Source of the DNA: Octopus vulgaris
Lineage: Eukaryota
NCBI GenBank assembly: GCA_951406725.2
Contig: OX597829.1
Span: forward strand, 54,002,001 to 54,066,000
Reading direction: 5' to 3'
Length of the DNA: 64,000 bases
Part shown: piece after piece, positions 51,757-64,000 of the stretch
How the letters are laid out: each line of letters opens with the position of its first letter
Position numbering within the stretch: the stretch's first letter is position 1
Position numbers and translations under genes: made by a program
Notes under the pieces: generated by a model
Databases searched by the model: none
The model's input: only the letters and a program-made list of their open reading frames with translations
What the model was told of the DNA's origin: nothing

Positions 51757-51974
51757 GTATGTATGATTATTCTGTACCGTTTTACAAGTAGCAAATGAGA
51801 AAGGCACAGGTGTGATTGTGTGGTAAGAAGCTTGCTTCCCAACCACATGTTTCTGGGTTCAGTCCCACAGCATGGTACTCTGGGTCAGTATTTTCTACTA
51901 TAGCCTTGGGCTGACCAAAACCTTGTGAATGAATTTGGTAGATGGAAACTGAAAAAAGCCTGTTGTGTATATAT

Positions 51975-52367
51975 ATATATATATGTATGTATGTATGTAT
52001 GTGTGTGTGTGTGTGTGTGTGTGTGCATGTGTCCCTCCACCACCACCACTTGACAACTGATGCTGGTGTGTTTACAACCCTGAAACTTAGCAATTCTGCA
52101 AAAGTGACCAACAGGATGAGTACCAGGCTTTAAGTAACAAAATGTGGTCAATACATTCGTCTAAAAATTCTTAAAGGTGGTGCCCCAGCATGGCCATATT
52201 CTAATGCCCAAAACAAGTTAAAAACCACTACCCTTTCATAACAATTGCAAAACTCCTCTTGGATTATTCCAAGTAAACCACTTCTCATTTCATTGGACAT
52301 TAATTTTCTTTCTCGTAATTAGATATTATTTGTAGGAACTTAATTTAAAATTATATATATGTATGTA

Positions 52368-52401
<34 letters not shown>

Positions 52402-52739
52402 TGTGTCCCTCCACCACCACCACCACTTGACAACTGATGCTGGTGTGTTTACAACCCTGAAACTTAGCAATTCTGCAAAAGTGACCAACAGGATGAGTAC
52501 CAGGCTTTAAGTAACAAAATGTGGTCAATACATTCGTCTAAAAATTCTTAAAGGTGGTGCCCCAGCATGGCCATATTCTAATGCCCGAAACAAGTTAAAA
52601 ACCACTACCCTTTCATAACAATTGCAAAACTCCTCTTGGATTATTCTTATTTTTCTCAAGTAAACCACTTCTCATTTCATTGGACATTAATTTTCTTTCT
52701 CGTAATTAGATATTATTTGTAGGAACTTAATTTAAAATT
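51975..52739 (+). repeat. Near-identical tandem duplication (~385 bp) of a SINE 3' half plus flank
   Basis: About 51975-52352 is repeated at 52353-52739, differing by a CAC unit, a few substitutions and an ~11-bp indel. Confidence 0.9.
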
Positions 52740-54785
52740 CTTTATTTTTAATATTTTCATAATTCATTTAATTCTTGTGGCAATTTCTTTGTCAAGAGCA
52801 TTATTTTGTTCCCTCCTTTTAATTGATCCCTACAACAATGTCTTGTACTTCTGAAAACTCTTTCTCTTTTAAACACTTGTATTTTCTTCTGAAGACCAGT
52901 TCTCATGAACTTTCCAGAACTTCTGAGGTGGGAGATAGTTATTCTTAGATTGGTGGTCTAACCCAAATAAGCAAAAGTGTATATCACTTAAGGCATCAAA
53001 AAAAGAAAAAGCAGTGGGTATACTATTTCTAAAAATAAAATTTTCAAAATACTCTCTAATTGGGACACACCAACTTTGTCTCGTTCAGCAGCACCAAAAC
53101 ACATCTGCTACATATATGAAGGAAATGCACAATGTTATACCTTCCAATGAGTAACACATAACATTTGTACTTAAAAGTATCTGTATGTCTCAGTGGAAAT
53201 ATGTCACCGTCTTAGATAAGATGCATAGCTCTGATTTCCTCATTGTCTTATTTCTTCAAGTATTTACTTTGAGCATTTGAGTCTAAGAATATTTCTGACT
53301 TCCAAATATTGGTGCTATGAAAACTACTTGCATTCAACACTATTCAGGAATCAGGAATGTATTTTTGGATAAGAATGTGCAAGAAATACACATTTCTTAA
53401 ATGCTCAGGAAGATCCTTAAAGATATTAGATAGTTTCTGTAACCTAGGTGACCTAATTATCAGTGAAGGAGGATGTTCTGAAAGCATAGTTGTTTGAATA
53501 AGCGTAGGATGGAGAAAGTTCAGAGAACTATACCCTTTGTTGGTAATGCAAACTCTTTCTCAGAGTAAAAGGCTGATTGTATGATGCCTGTGTATGAACA
53601 GCAATGCTACATGGTGGTAAAACCTGAGCCATGAATGCAGAGGATATGTAGTAGTGACCTCTTTCAATACTACACCCCAAACAGTTGATGGGTGTTGCAT
53701 GAGTTACTTGGTAACTTCACTCGATGCTATGTAAAATGTACCCAGTGTACTCTGTGAGGTGGTTGGCATCAGGAAGGGCATCCAAACATTCATGCAGTCA
53801 TTTTGTTTGTCAGCTCCTGTCTCTTATCAAACCATCTAACTCATGCCAGCATGGAAAATGGACATCAAATGATGATGATGACGACAACAATGACGATGAC
53901 AATGGTGATGATGCTGATGACAAAGGACTTGCAGATGACTTATTGTTTCAGTGTTCTAGGCATTTGACTTTTCCTTCCTTAACACAACATTGATGATGAA
54001 AATCATAGTTTAAGCAGAGTTTTGGCTGTTAGTTTCCAGTTTGCTAATATTTTAACATCTGCTTCTCTACTCTCCACCAAAACATCAAGGAATGACAATT
54101 GGTTTTCTTATTCCAAAATAAACTGGATTAGTGTGTGTAGTGAGTTCATCTGGTTTATAAAAACTCAATCATCTCTTTGATGTTATTTTATCTTAAAGAT
54201 ATTATGCATCTATCTTAACAAAGCTACAGATTTCATAGTTGTAATTCCTAGACTTATTCAGTCATAATATTTCATTCTCTCCTCCCTCCTTTACCCTTCT
54301 AATCTCTCCTACCAACAGCATTATTCTGTTATCTTTCTTTCTATATCATTTGATGTGAGACTTGTAATTAACCAAGCTGTTAAGGTTCTGATCTTGCAGC
54401 CTCTGCCAACAGTTTATATTCTGTAACCAGCACTGAACAAAGGGTTATACAACATTATTCTTGATAAAATAACTTAAATCTCCATGTAGCTCAGTCCACC
54501 TAGTTGAAAGTAGGTACCATGAGTTGGTGCTCATGTAAACAATAGGAATATTATATTAGCAAACATTTCACTTGGTAACCTGCTGGTCTCTTCAGGTGTG
54601 TGTGTGTGTTCTGTTGCTGACACAACGACATATCCTTGACAAAGGTAGTTAAACTCAGTTTATCTTGCTGAAAACATCTACTGGCAAAGTTCAGTTGACT
54701 GTTGTGGATTGTAGGAATAACTTTGTAACCAACCTGTATTTTTCTGCTTTATAATTGTGAGATCTAATAATTCTGTGAGTTGTGT

Positions 54786-54960
54786 TTAACCCTTTAGCAT
54801 TTAAACCGACCATATTTGTCTGAAATATTCTACCTGTTTTATGTTTAAACTGATGAGATTCAGCTTCTCACACCTACCCAATAATGCCATTCTAAAAATG
54901 TCCAATCACAACATGAAAATTCTGGAGCCATGACGTAATATGTGATTAATTCAAAACATC
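54786..54960 (+). mobile_element. piggyBac-like MITE fragment; reverse copy at about 62040-62178
   Basis: Begins TTAA-CCCTTTAGCATT. 62070-62178 is its diverged reverse complement. Confidence 0.5.
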
Positions 54961-55740
54961 AATAAAATACATCTGACAGAGTAATCTGAAAACTGAAAGG
55001 TTAAAAAGGAAAATATTTTAAGCTTGTTGCCTTCCTTTACATATATTACTGGTACCCTTAATCTGTTGTCCAGTTCCACTTGGCTTTTAGTTACAGTCCA
55101 CTCTCTGATAAGTTTTCTGATAAAGTTCCACTTTCTTCCCACAAATCCTAGAAATGCTGAAATGAGTTGTGGGCACTATCCTTTCTTCAATGACTAATCA
55201 AAAATAAACAAAAAATTCATGAAACATTGGCAAAGGTGTAGTTATGTGGTTGAGAAGCTTGCTTACCAACTATGTGGTCATGGGTTCAGTCCCACCGCAT
55301 GACACCTTGGGCAGGTGTCTTCTATCATAACCCTCAGGTCGACCAATGCCTTGTGAGTAGATTTGGTTGATGGAAACTGAAAGAAGACCATTGTGTGTAT
55401 GTGTTTTGGTGTTTGTCCACCGCCACCCTGCTTGACAACCAGTGTCGGTTTGTTTATGTCCTTATATGAATAAGTGCAAGATTTAAAAGAATATCGGGGT
55501 CCATTTTGTTCAACTAAACCCTCCAAGGCGATGCCCCAGCATGGCCACAGTCCAGTGACTAAAACAAGTAAAGTATATAAACTGTAACAAACGCCATCAG
55601 TGGTACCACAATATGTTATGCACCATTTTTCTATTATTTATGTTGATTATTGATTATTGATTGAATAATATCATACAAACAGATTGTAATGTACAATTTT
55701 GCTTTTTCTTTTTTTTACTTTGTTTTCTGTTAAATATTAG

Positions 55741-55970
55741 ATAACTCCAAGTCTGTTGATGAGTATTGGTCCAGAACTATTAAGAACTTCTATCTTGGAT
55801 AAATCTTCGTGCCTTAGAATTTTAGCTTTTGGTGGTGAAAAATTTCCATCATTGGATCTAATTAAAAAATGTCGGGCTGAAGGCAATATGACAACGTTTT
55901 TCAATTTATACGGTATAACAGAAGTTTCTTGTTGGTCAACATTTTATCAAGTCACAGATTCTGATTTTGC
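55741..55970 (+). CDS. AASDH: AASDH coding exon 6 (GGE and A5 NLYGITE motifs)
   Basis: attag|ITPSLL...LRILAFGGEKFPSL...FNLYGITEVSCWSTFY...|gtaagt, phase 0/2. Confidence 0.95.
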
Positions 55971-58447
55971 GTAAGTATAACCTGAATTCAATCATCTTTG
56001 TCATTGTCAATATTATTGTTATCAGAATCGAAATCGATCAATGGAAATCGATCAATGGAAATTGCAGATGTGTTACCAGTGCCGGTGGCATGTAAGAGAA
56101 CTTTCCGTTTCGCGACCGTTGCCAGCACCGCCCCGTTTCGTGTCCGTTGCCAGCCTCGCCTGGCCCTCGTGCCGGTGGCACATAAAAAGCACCATCTGTT
56201 CGTGGCCGTTTGCCAGCTCTGTCTGGCACCAGTGCGGGTGGCACGTAAAAAGCACCCACTACACTCACGGAGTGGTTGGCGTTAGGAAGGGCATCCAGCC
56301 GTAGAAACACTGCCAGATTTGACTGGGCCTGATGAAGCCTTCTGGCTTCACAGACCCCAGTAGAACCGTCCAACCCATGCTAGCATGGAGAACGGATGCT
56401 AAATGATGATGATGATGATGATGATGTCATTGCCATTGTCATCATTATCATCATCATTCTTGATCTGCCATAGGAAGTAAGTGTTCTGACTAGTAATAAA
56501 GAAACTTCCATTGCAAATTGTATTGCATTATTGGTATTGCTTAGGTTAGGAAAGATGAGTGTTATGCCTGATCCTGTTACAAAGATTTCAGCAAACCAAA
56601 TCTCTATCTTTGCTTTGTTCTTGATTGTAGCTCTTTTAATTCATTATCACTTTTGGGACACCAAAACTTCATATTTACTTCTCCTAACTCCAACAGTCTT
56701 ACCACACCTTCAGGAATACCCTCCTTTGGAAAACTCAATGTTTGTAACATAGTAAATAAAATTCAGAAACAGATATACCACAAAGTTTGATTTCTGTATG
56801 CTTTCTTGATATTTAAATATTACTTCCTTATAATATTTTAAAAATCTTATCTTTATAACTTTTCAGTTTCTTCTTTCACAAATAATACCTCCCATTTGAA
56901 GTTATTCTTAATACTTCTAGATCATTGTCATCTCATTTAATTTTATCTTTGATTTTACAATTAATTTTCCTTCATTAGATTTTGACTAATTTTTGTTGAA
57001 CAATAATATAATTAATCTGAGCTACACATTGCTAATACATATTACATTAGTTCTGAAGAGATCTGGAATCAGAATGTTTCTCAACTTAACTAATGACTGT
57101 AAAACATTGAACCAGTTATGCCAAGTACACAACATATATTTTCTGTTATTCTCTGATACAAGTTCCTCTCCTCAAATGCCCCTGCCTCTCTCAAAATTCC
57201 TTGTCTTGCAAGTTATTTGGTGACCCTGCTAGTACTGGTGGCACAAAAAAACAAACATTCAGTCCACACTGTAAAGTGGTTGGCATTTGGAAGGGCATCT
57301 AGCTGTAAAAATCATGCCAAAACTGACCTCGCCTATGTTGGTGCCATGTAAAAAGCTCTCAGTCCACTCTACAGAGTGGTTGGTGATAGGAAGGGCATCC
57401 AGTCATAAAACCCCTTCCAAAACAGACACAGTAGCCTAGGGTAATTTTTCTACCTGGCTGGCTCCTGTCAGCTATCCTACCCATGCATGTATAGAGGATG
57501 GACATTAAACGATGATGGTGATTCTCATCTTAAATGTCTACCTTATGTTCATACAGAGAGCTTCTGTTATTAACCAAATGATAAAACTACTTCAACTGCC
57601 TGCTATATTCTGTTCACATAATTAGAACCACCAGACTGGAAGTGATAGTTTTGTTTTTTAATCCTAATTCAGCATTTATGTGAGGAGATTAACAATGTAA
57701 TATTTTGGGAAACATGATATTCAGTTGTAGTCATGTGATTGACCTGTTTAGTCATTGCTGACTAAGTCTTATGTTTCCCCAGCACCAATTCCATTTTCTC
57801 CATAACTACTGTTGTCAGCATCAATATACAGATGGATGAATCTCTAAATAATTGATCAGTCTGCTAGAAAATATGAACAAATAGATTGATTTCAAATTAC
57901 ACATTGCCATCTTTAAAAAAAAATGATGTTTTACATAGCGCAATCCAAAATACACTAAGAATACAAGACGAGGTGGTCATAGCTGGAAAGCCTTTGATCA
58001 ATTCAATATTCAATCAAAGTTAAACTACTGTTACAAAAAAACAAAAACAACAAAATAAATATTTGAAGATTATATTTGTGAAATATGTCTATGAAACATT
58101 TAAACATAATGAGGGAACAGTTTTATTCTATAATTAAACAAATCATTGAAGAAAGGAACATGTTAGTGTTATGATAACAAACATTTCCTTTTCTTTGATG
58201 GGATTAAGTTTACTTATCTATTTATTTATTTATTTATTTTGCTAAATTGATTTCTCAAGTGATTTCATAATTTTAGTCTTAATTGTGTCATGCTGACCTA
58301 ATTTCTTCAAATTAATGAAATTTCATTCTTTTTTGTGTTTCTTTTCAATGTATTTATAAATTCACTATTATCTCCATCATATTATTACTACATAGATGAA
58401 CAGGAAATTAGTGTGTACACACACACATATGCATATGTATATAAGTA

Positions 58448-58676
58448 CAGGGGTGGCCAAAAGTCACCCGACAGCAAATCAAAATTCCATAAATACTATC
58501 TGTAATTCTGAAATAACTCAAATGGGAAAATGTGTCGCTCAAGAAGGACTTCAGTTTGAACAATTTTCATGATGTTTCATATTTAGATGCTTTTATTAAA
58601 TTCCTTCAGTTGTTAAACAAAAATCTTGGAATTAAATGATTTCCATTTACTGTCAGGTGACTTTTGGCCAACCCTG
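58448..58676. mobile_element. Tc1/mariner-type MITE
   Basis: TA TSD. TIRs CAGGGGTGGCCAAAAGTCACCCGACAG / CTGTCAGGTGACTTTTGGCCAACCCTG. Confidence 0.9.
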
Positions 58677-59677
58677 TACATATGTACTACACGTTAGTAA
58701 TTACAAAATCATTGCATGTATTGGTATATGTTTTCAAGTATTTATTATCATTTAATGTCCATGTTCCATTTTGGCATGGGTTGGAAGTTTCTACAGGATC
58801 CTATGATTCAAAAAACTGCAATGAATTCCAATGTGTTCATTGACATGGTTTCAACAGTTGGATGCCCTTCCTAACAAAGTGTATTGGGTGCATTTTTCAT
58901 GGCATTGGCCCTAGTAAGTCTCCAAGTAACCCACAAGAGAAGAACCATTTTACCTTAGTGCGGTTGACTTATTGAAGGAGGTGGCAAAATACCAGGGGTA
59001 GAGAGATTAAAGTGAGATAGAGGGACAAGAACAGGTGTCTTGTTGTAGAGTATGGTTACCCCAGCAGTAATGGGAGAAAAGATGGTAGAGATGAAGTGTC
59101 CCTCAAGATACAGGAAGATGAAAGAAGAGAGAATAAGGACGAAGAAATGAGGATGGCTGGTAGGGTTGTGAGAGAAGCAAAGAAGAGAGACAGGTTGAGG
59201 CATGAGTCTCAGTTTGGAATGGAATGATAAATGGCAATAGATATGGGGGAGCAGTGGGAGGTAACAGTATCATAGATAGATGAGAAATAGGGAAATAATG
59301 TGAATTAGGTAGAGGAGAGACAGAGATGCACAATGGCAGAGATAGAGGTTAGAGTCACATAGGAATGGATATAGTGAGTGACAAATGAAGGTGGATTGCA
59401 CTGTTGATGATATATACAAAGGAGAAGGCAGTGGGAAATAAATTGGCGTGGGATGATACTTAGAATGTGACATGGGTGACAAGGGAAGTGGTTCCAAGGA
59501 AAGAAAGAGAGAGAGAGAAATGGTAGCACAAAAGTGAGGGTGGAATATGTGCAGTTTTGCTCTCATATATGAAACTGAGGGATCAGTGCTGCAGTTAGAA
59601 GTGCAACGGAGGGATGGGAGTTATGAAAATGATTTATGGAAAAGACTTGACAAGTAAAAGGTGCATAGACATAAATG

Positions 59678-59931
59678 CAGGGCTGTGGAGTCAGAAACAA
59701 TTAAGGGGTAGCTGGAGTCGGAATCAGTAAAACTATATTGATTCCGACATCTTTATTCTTTAATATAAACCAGTTATAACATATAGGCCTACTCAAAGTA
59801 CAAGTGTATGAATATGCTTTATGAGATATGTAGACCAGAATCACTTAATTACATAAAGAGGAGGCAGAGTCAGAAGTACCAATAGTAGAGGAGTCAGAGT
59901 CAAAGGTTTTTGTTTTGACTCCACAGCCCTA
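59678..59931. mobile_element. hAT-like MITE with GAGTC subterminal repeats
   Basis: TIRs CAGGGCTGTGGAGTC / GACTCCACAGCCCT. No clear TSD. Confidence 0.7.
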
Positions 59932-61569
59932 ATTTTTGTTGAAGTTGATGGTTAGACAGGTGTTCTGGAGTCATTTTGCTGAGTTGGATGAGTTTATTTA
60001 TGTAATCTGTACATTTTGTTGATGTTTAACTCCAGATTAGTCACAATTAAATAATCATATAATCAAAGGCATTCCAGTCTTGACCTTCCCAGGTCATTTT
60101 TTGAAGGAGACAGTGTATCTAGGCACACATTTTGGAATGTGTTCTATCATATTTTTAGTCAACAAAGTGTAATTTGAGGAAGATTGTCTATTGTTTCTAG
60201 CTAGTTAAGTGATTGCACCAAGGCTTCCTGATATTGATATTCAGTACCCTAGTCAACCCTTCTCAAGTAAATTTAAGGCACATTAGTATTTGGTTTAAAA
60301 GCTAAATACAATCTTCAGACATAATTCTTTAGATGTAGCATATCTCCAATGGTTGATAATTACACTGTGGGTTCAGTCCCACAGCCTGGTACTTTGAGCA
60401 AATCATCATCATCATCATCAACTGTCTTTTACTATAGCCCCAGGCCAACCAAAACTTTGTGAGCGGATTTGGTAAATGGAAACTGAAAGAAGCTCTTCAT
60501 GTGTGTGTGTGCATGCGCACATGTGTGTGTGTTAGTGTGTGTGTGCATGCACACGTGTGTGTGTTAGTGTGTGTGTGTCCATGTCTCCTTGTCTTGACAT
60601 TGTGTGACAGTTGTAAAATGGTTGTCACTGTGATTCAAGCAATGTCATTCATTTCCAATATTGTGCAAGAACATATCCAGCTATGAAGAAATATTACCTT
60701 GTTTGGAAACATTTGAAGATTAGCGAACAGGAAGGGTATCTAGCTATAGAAAGTCTGGCTCAGTAAATTCCATCTGACCCAGTCAAGCATGGGAAAATGT
60801 AATTTTAAAAAATGATGATGAAAGTTATGATGAAGCAGTGAGGAAATCTAGGTATAAGATGTTTTCATACGTTTTAGTGTAAGCACATTGATGTTCACGT
60901 GTTGTTACATATGTGTGTGTTTATAATACACAAGTTGAATTTCAGTTACCTGGGGACATATTGCAGGTGTACAACAAGATAAATGAAATTTAACTGAATA
61001 ACAAATTAAATAGTGAACTTTATTTTAATCCTTTAGAAATCAGATTACTCTGTCAAATGTAACACTTATTTATTCATATTGTCTTGAATTGACATGTAAG
61101 AAGCACCAACCGATCATGGCCGTTTGCCAGCCTCCTCTGGCTCCTGTGCCGGTGACACATAAAAAAGCACCCACTGCACTCATAGAGTGGTTGGCGTTAG
61201 AAAGGGCATCCAGCTGTGGAAACACTGCCAGATCAGGCTGGAGCCTGGTGCAGCCTCCTGGTTTCCCAGACCCTGATCAAACCGTCCAACCCATGCCAGC
61301 ATGGAAAACGCACATTAAACGATGATGCTGATGATGATCATCATCATCCAGTGTTTTAAATCCGGGTTTTGTCCCCGTTAACGAGGGGGGCTGGATCTAC
61401 CTCAGTGCCATAGCAACTGCCCTTACACCATCTCGCCATCTTGCCTGGTATTGGGCGTCCTCCTTTTTCAAACCAACCCTCCCAATCGCCTCCTCCACCT
61501 GTCCCCTTCACCTTTCCCTTGGTCTACTTTGCTTTCTCACTCCATTTATCTCAAATGCAATCACCCTCC

Positions 61570-61950
61570 TCAGAACATGCTCTTCACCCACTCCTCAACA
61601 CATGCCCATACCACTGCACTCCATTCATCCTTGCCAGCTGTTCCACCGATTCTTCCAACCCCAGCATCCCCCATCAAGTCCTCAGTCCTCCTCTTATCAA
61701 ACAACTTCACGCCACACATTTCTCTCACCATTGCTCTCTCGGTCCTTCTCAAAATTACCATCTCTCTCTCCCTCAGACACCATATTTCACTCCCATACAG
61801 CATTGCAGCTCTCACACAACTCTTATAGACTCTTCCTTTCATCTTTAATGAGAACCTTTTTCCCATATAACAATGCTCCACATTCCCTGAACTTCACCCA
61901 GCCAAGTCTCACTCTTGCTGTCACAGCTGCTTCACATCCACTTCACATCC
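61570..61950 (-). mobile_element. RTE LINE ORF C-terminal fragment (different subfamily)
   Basis: FSLKMKGRVYKSCVRAAMLYGSEIWCL...LRRTERAMVREMCGVKL. Confidence 0.85.
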
Positions 61951-62349
61951 ACCTAATTTCCTAATTAACAAAACCCTCTCACCATTTCCTCCTCATCGCA
62001 TAACGTTTTCACTGGTTCTGCCATGCATTATCTCATAACTTCAAGATTTCAATGTTATGATTGTTTGGTTTTAGAATGACATTGTAGGATAGGTGTAAGA
62101 AGCTGGACCTGGCCAGTCTGAATATAAAGTAGGTAAAATATTTTAGTTGGATATGGTTGGTTTCAGTGCTAAATGGTTGTTCAAATGTTGTGTCAATCTT
62201 AACACCTGTTGACTAATGATTTGGAAATGTTCCTTTGAACATTCCTTGATAGATGAGGTATTTATCTCATTACTCATTTTCTTTTACCTTTATTAATCAT
62301 TAGATTACAACTTCATTTCTTTAAACAATTGGTTTCTCTTTTTTCACAG

Positions 62350-62459
62350 TTCAAATCAGTCAGAAATTCCACTTGGAGAATCCTTGAGTGATACCACTAC
62401 AATGGTTATTAACGATGATGGCCATGTTTTATCAGAAGGTTGTGGATGGTTATATACAG
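62350..62459 (+). CDS. AASDH: AASDH coding exon 7 (gene continues beyond the window)
   Basis: tttttcacag|SNQSEIPLGESLSDTTTMVINDDGHVLSEGCGWLYT(G)|gtacag, phase 2/1. Corresponds to VQLGFPLLGT...EGSGQVFLG. Confidence 0.9.
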
Positions 62460-62684
62460 GTACAGTTAGATTTATTTCTATTGTCTTTGAGAGGAATCTG
62501 AAAGACACTAAAATATATTTCAGTTTATTTCACATTTCTCTTAGCTTTCTTCTTCTATAAACCTAAATGTTAAAATTAGTCCAGAACACCTCATTCTTAA
62601 AAACCGTTCTTTTCCTTTTATAATTTCTAATATGTATTTGTTTCTTTAATGACATTCAGTTCAGATGTATATTACACTAACCAT

Positions 62685-63040
62685 TTTGGTTTGGTTTCAG
62701 TCCCATTGCACAGCACTTTGGGCAAATATCTTGTATTATAGCCCCAGGCCACCCCATGCTGATCAAAACCTTGTGAGTGGATTTGGTAGACAGAAGCTGA
62801 AAGAAGTCTGTCGTGTGTGTGTGTATGTCATTGTGTTTGTTCCCCACCATTGCTTAGCAACCAGTGTTGGTGTGTTTGCATCCCTATAACTTAGCAGTTT
62901 GGCAAAAAAAGTGCAATAGAATAAGTACCAGGTTTAAAAATTAAGCCCTGGAGTTGATTTATTCAACTAAAAACTTTCAAAGGTGGTGTTCCAGCATGGC
63001 CACAGTTCAATGACTGAAACAAGTAAAAGATAAAAGGATA
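62685..63040 (+). mobile_element. tRNA-derived SINE (OR-like)
   Basis: Family motifs through to the GACTGAAACAAGTAAAAGATAAAA tail. Similar copies at 12625-12800, 51803-52220 and 55235-55575. Confidence 0.75.
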
Positions 63041-64000
63041 AAAAATATATTACATAAATGTTAATTAACTTCTTAATTATTTCACTTTATATCGTTTTGG
63101 GAAAATATGAAGTCAGTATCATACCATTTCCACTTTTCTAAAATTTAATGACTTAGCACCTCAGAAGAATAAAATAAACAGCTTAGCTTCCTAACTACAT
63201 GGTTCCAGGTTCAGTCCCTTGGGCAAGTATCTTCTACCATAACCTTAGGCCTTGTGAGTAGATTTGATGGATGGAAATTGAAAGAAGCCTGTTGTGTGTA
63301 TATATATAAATACACCAACATCAACATCATTTAATGTCCATTTTCCATGCTGGTTTGGCTTGGACGGTTTGACAGAAGCTGGGCAGCTGAAGGGTTGTTC
63401 AGGCTCCATGTCTGTTTTGGCAGTGTTTCTATAGCTGGATGCCCATCCTAATGCCAACCACTTTACAGAGTGTACTGGGTGCTTTTATGCAGCATTGGAC
63501 ACTAAACTCTGCTTGCGAGGACCTGTTGAGGCAAGTAAAATCAAAATCAAATTCGATGACTGGCAGCCATGTTAGTGGGGCACTAAGAGCACCATCTGAG
63601 AGTGATCATTGCCAGAGCTGCTAACTGGCTTCCATGCCGGTGGCACATAAAAAGCACCATTTGAGCTTTATTGTTACCTGTGTCGCCCTACTGGCACTTG
63701 TGCCAGTGGCATGTGAGAAAAACATTCGAGCAATGTCGTTGCCAGGGCTGCTGGACTGGCTCCTGTGCAGGTGGCACGTCAAAAAACACCATTCGAGTGG
63801 TTGGCATTAGGAAGGGCATCCAGCTGTAGAAACTCTGCCAGATCAGATTGGAGCCTGGTGCAGCCATCTGGTTTGCCAGTCCTCAGTCAAAATCGTCCAA
63901 CCCATGCTAGCATGGAAAGCGGACGTTAAACGATGATGATGATATATATATATATTTACACACACACATGCACAATTGAAAGTGTATATATATATACTTG

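Overview
Repeat-rich, AT-rich eukaryotic DNA. The SINE/LINE content points to a coleoid cephalopod, probably Octopus (inferred from recalled repeat families, not tested). The one confident gene is the 5' part of AASDH (ACSF4, the NRPS-like beta-alanine-activating enzyme) on the + strand. It has 7 phase-consistent coding exons between 32368 and 62459 (1081 nt, about 360 codons of the adenylation domain) and continues past the window. A weaker spliced transcript is suggested on the - strand (about 15.8 kb down to 2.9 kb). The rest is transposon debris: RTE LINE fragments and their GAT-tailed 3' ends, tRNA-derived SINEs, a decayed CsRn1-like Ty3/Gypsy element, a mariner remnant, a non-autonomous Helitron, hAT/Tc1/piggyBac MITEs, an ORF1-only L1-like element with a 13-bp TSD, and Penelope-like element (PLE) remnants. 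The most notable signal is a set of type I hammerhead ribozyme motifs from several PLE-like families. Two have intact cores (12430-12471, and 47461-47543, which is sense within AASDH intron 3). Several are decayed, and one truncated copy is folded back into a 57-bp hairpin within (TA)n. Almost all ORFs in the supplied track are microsatellite or transposon artefacts.
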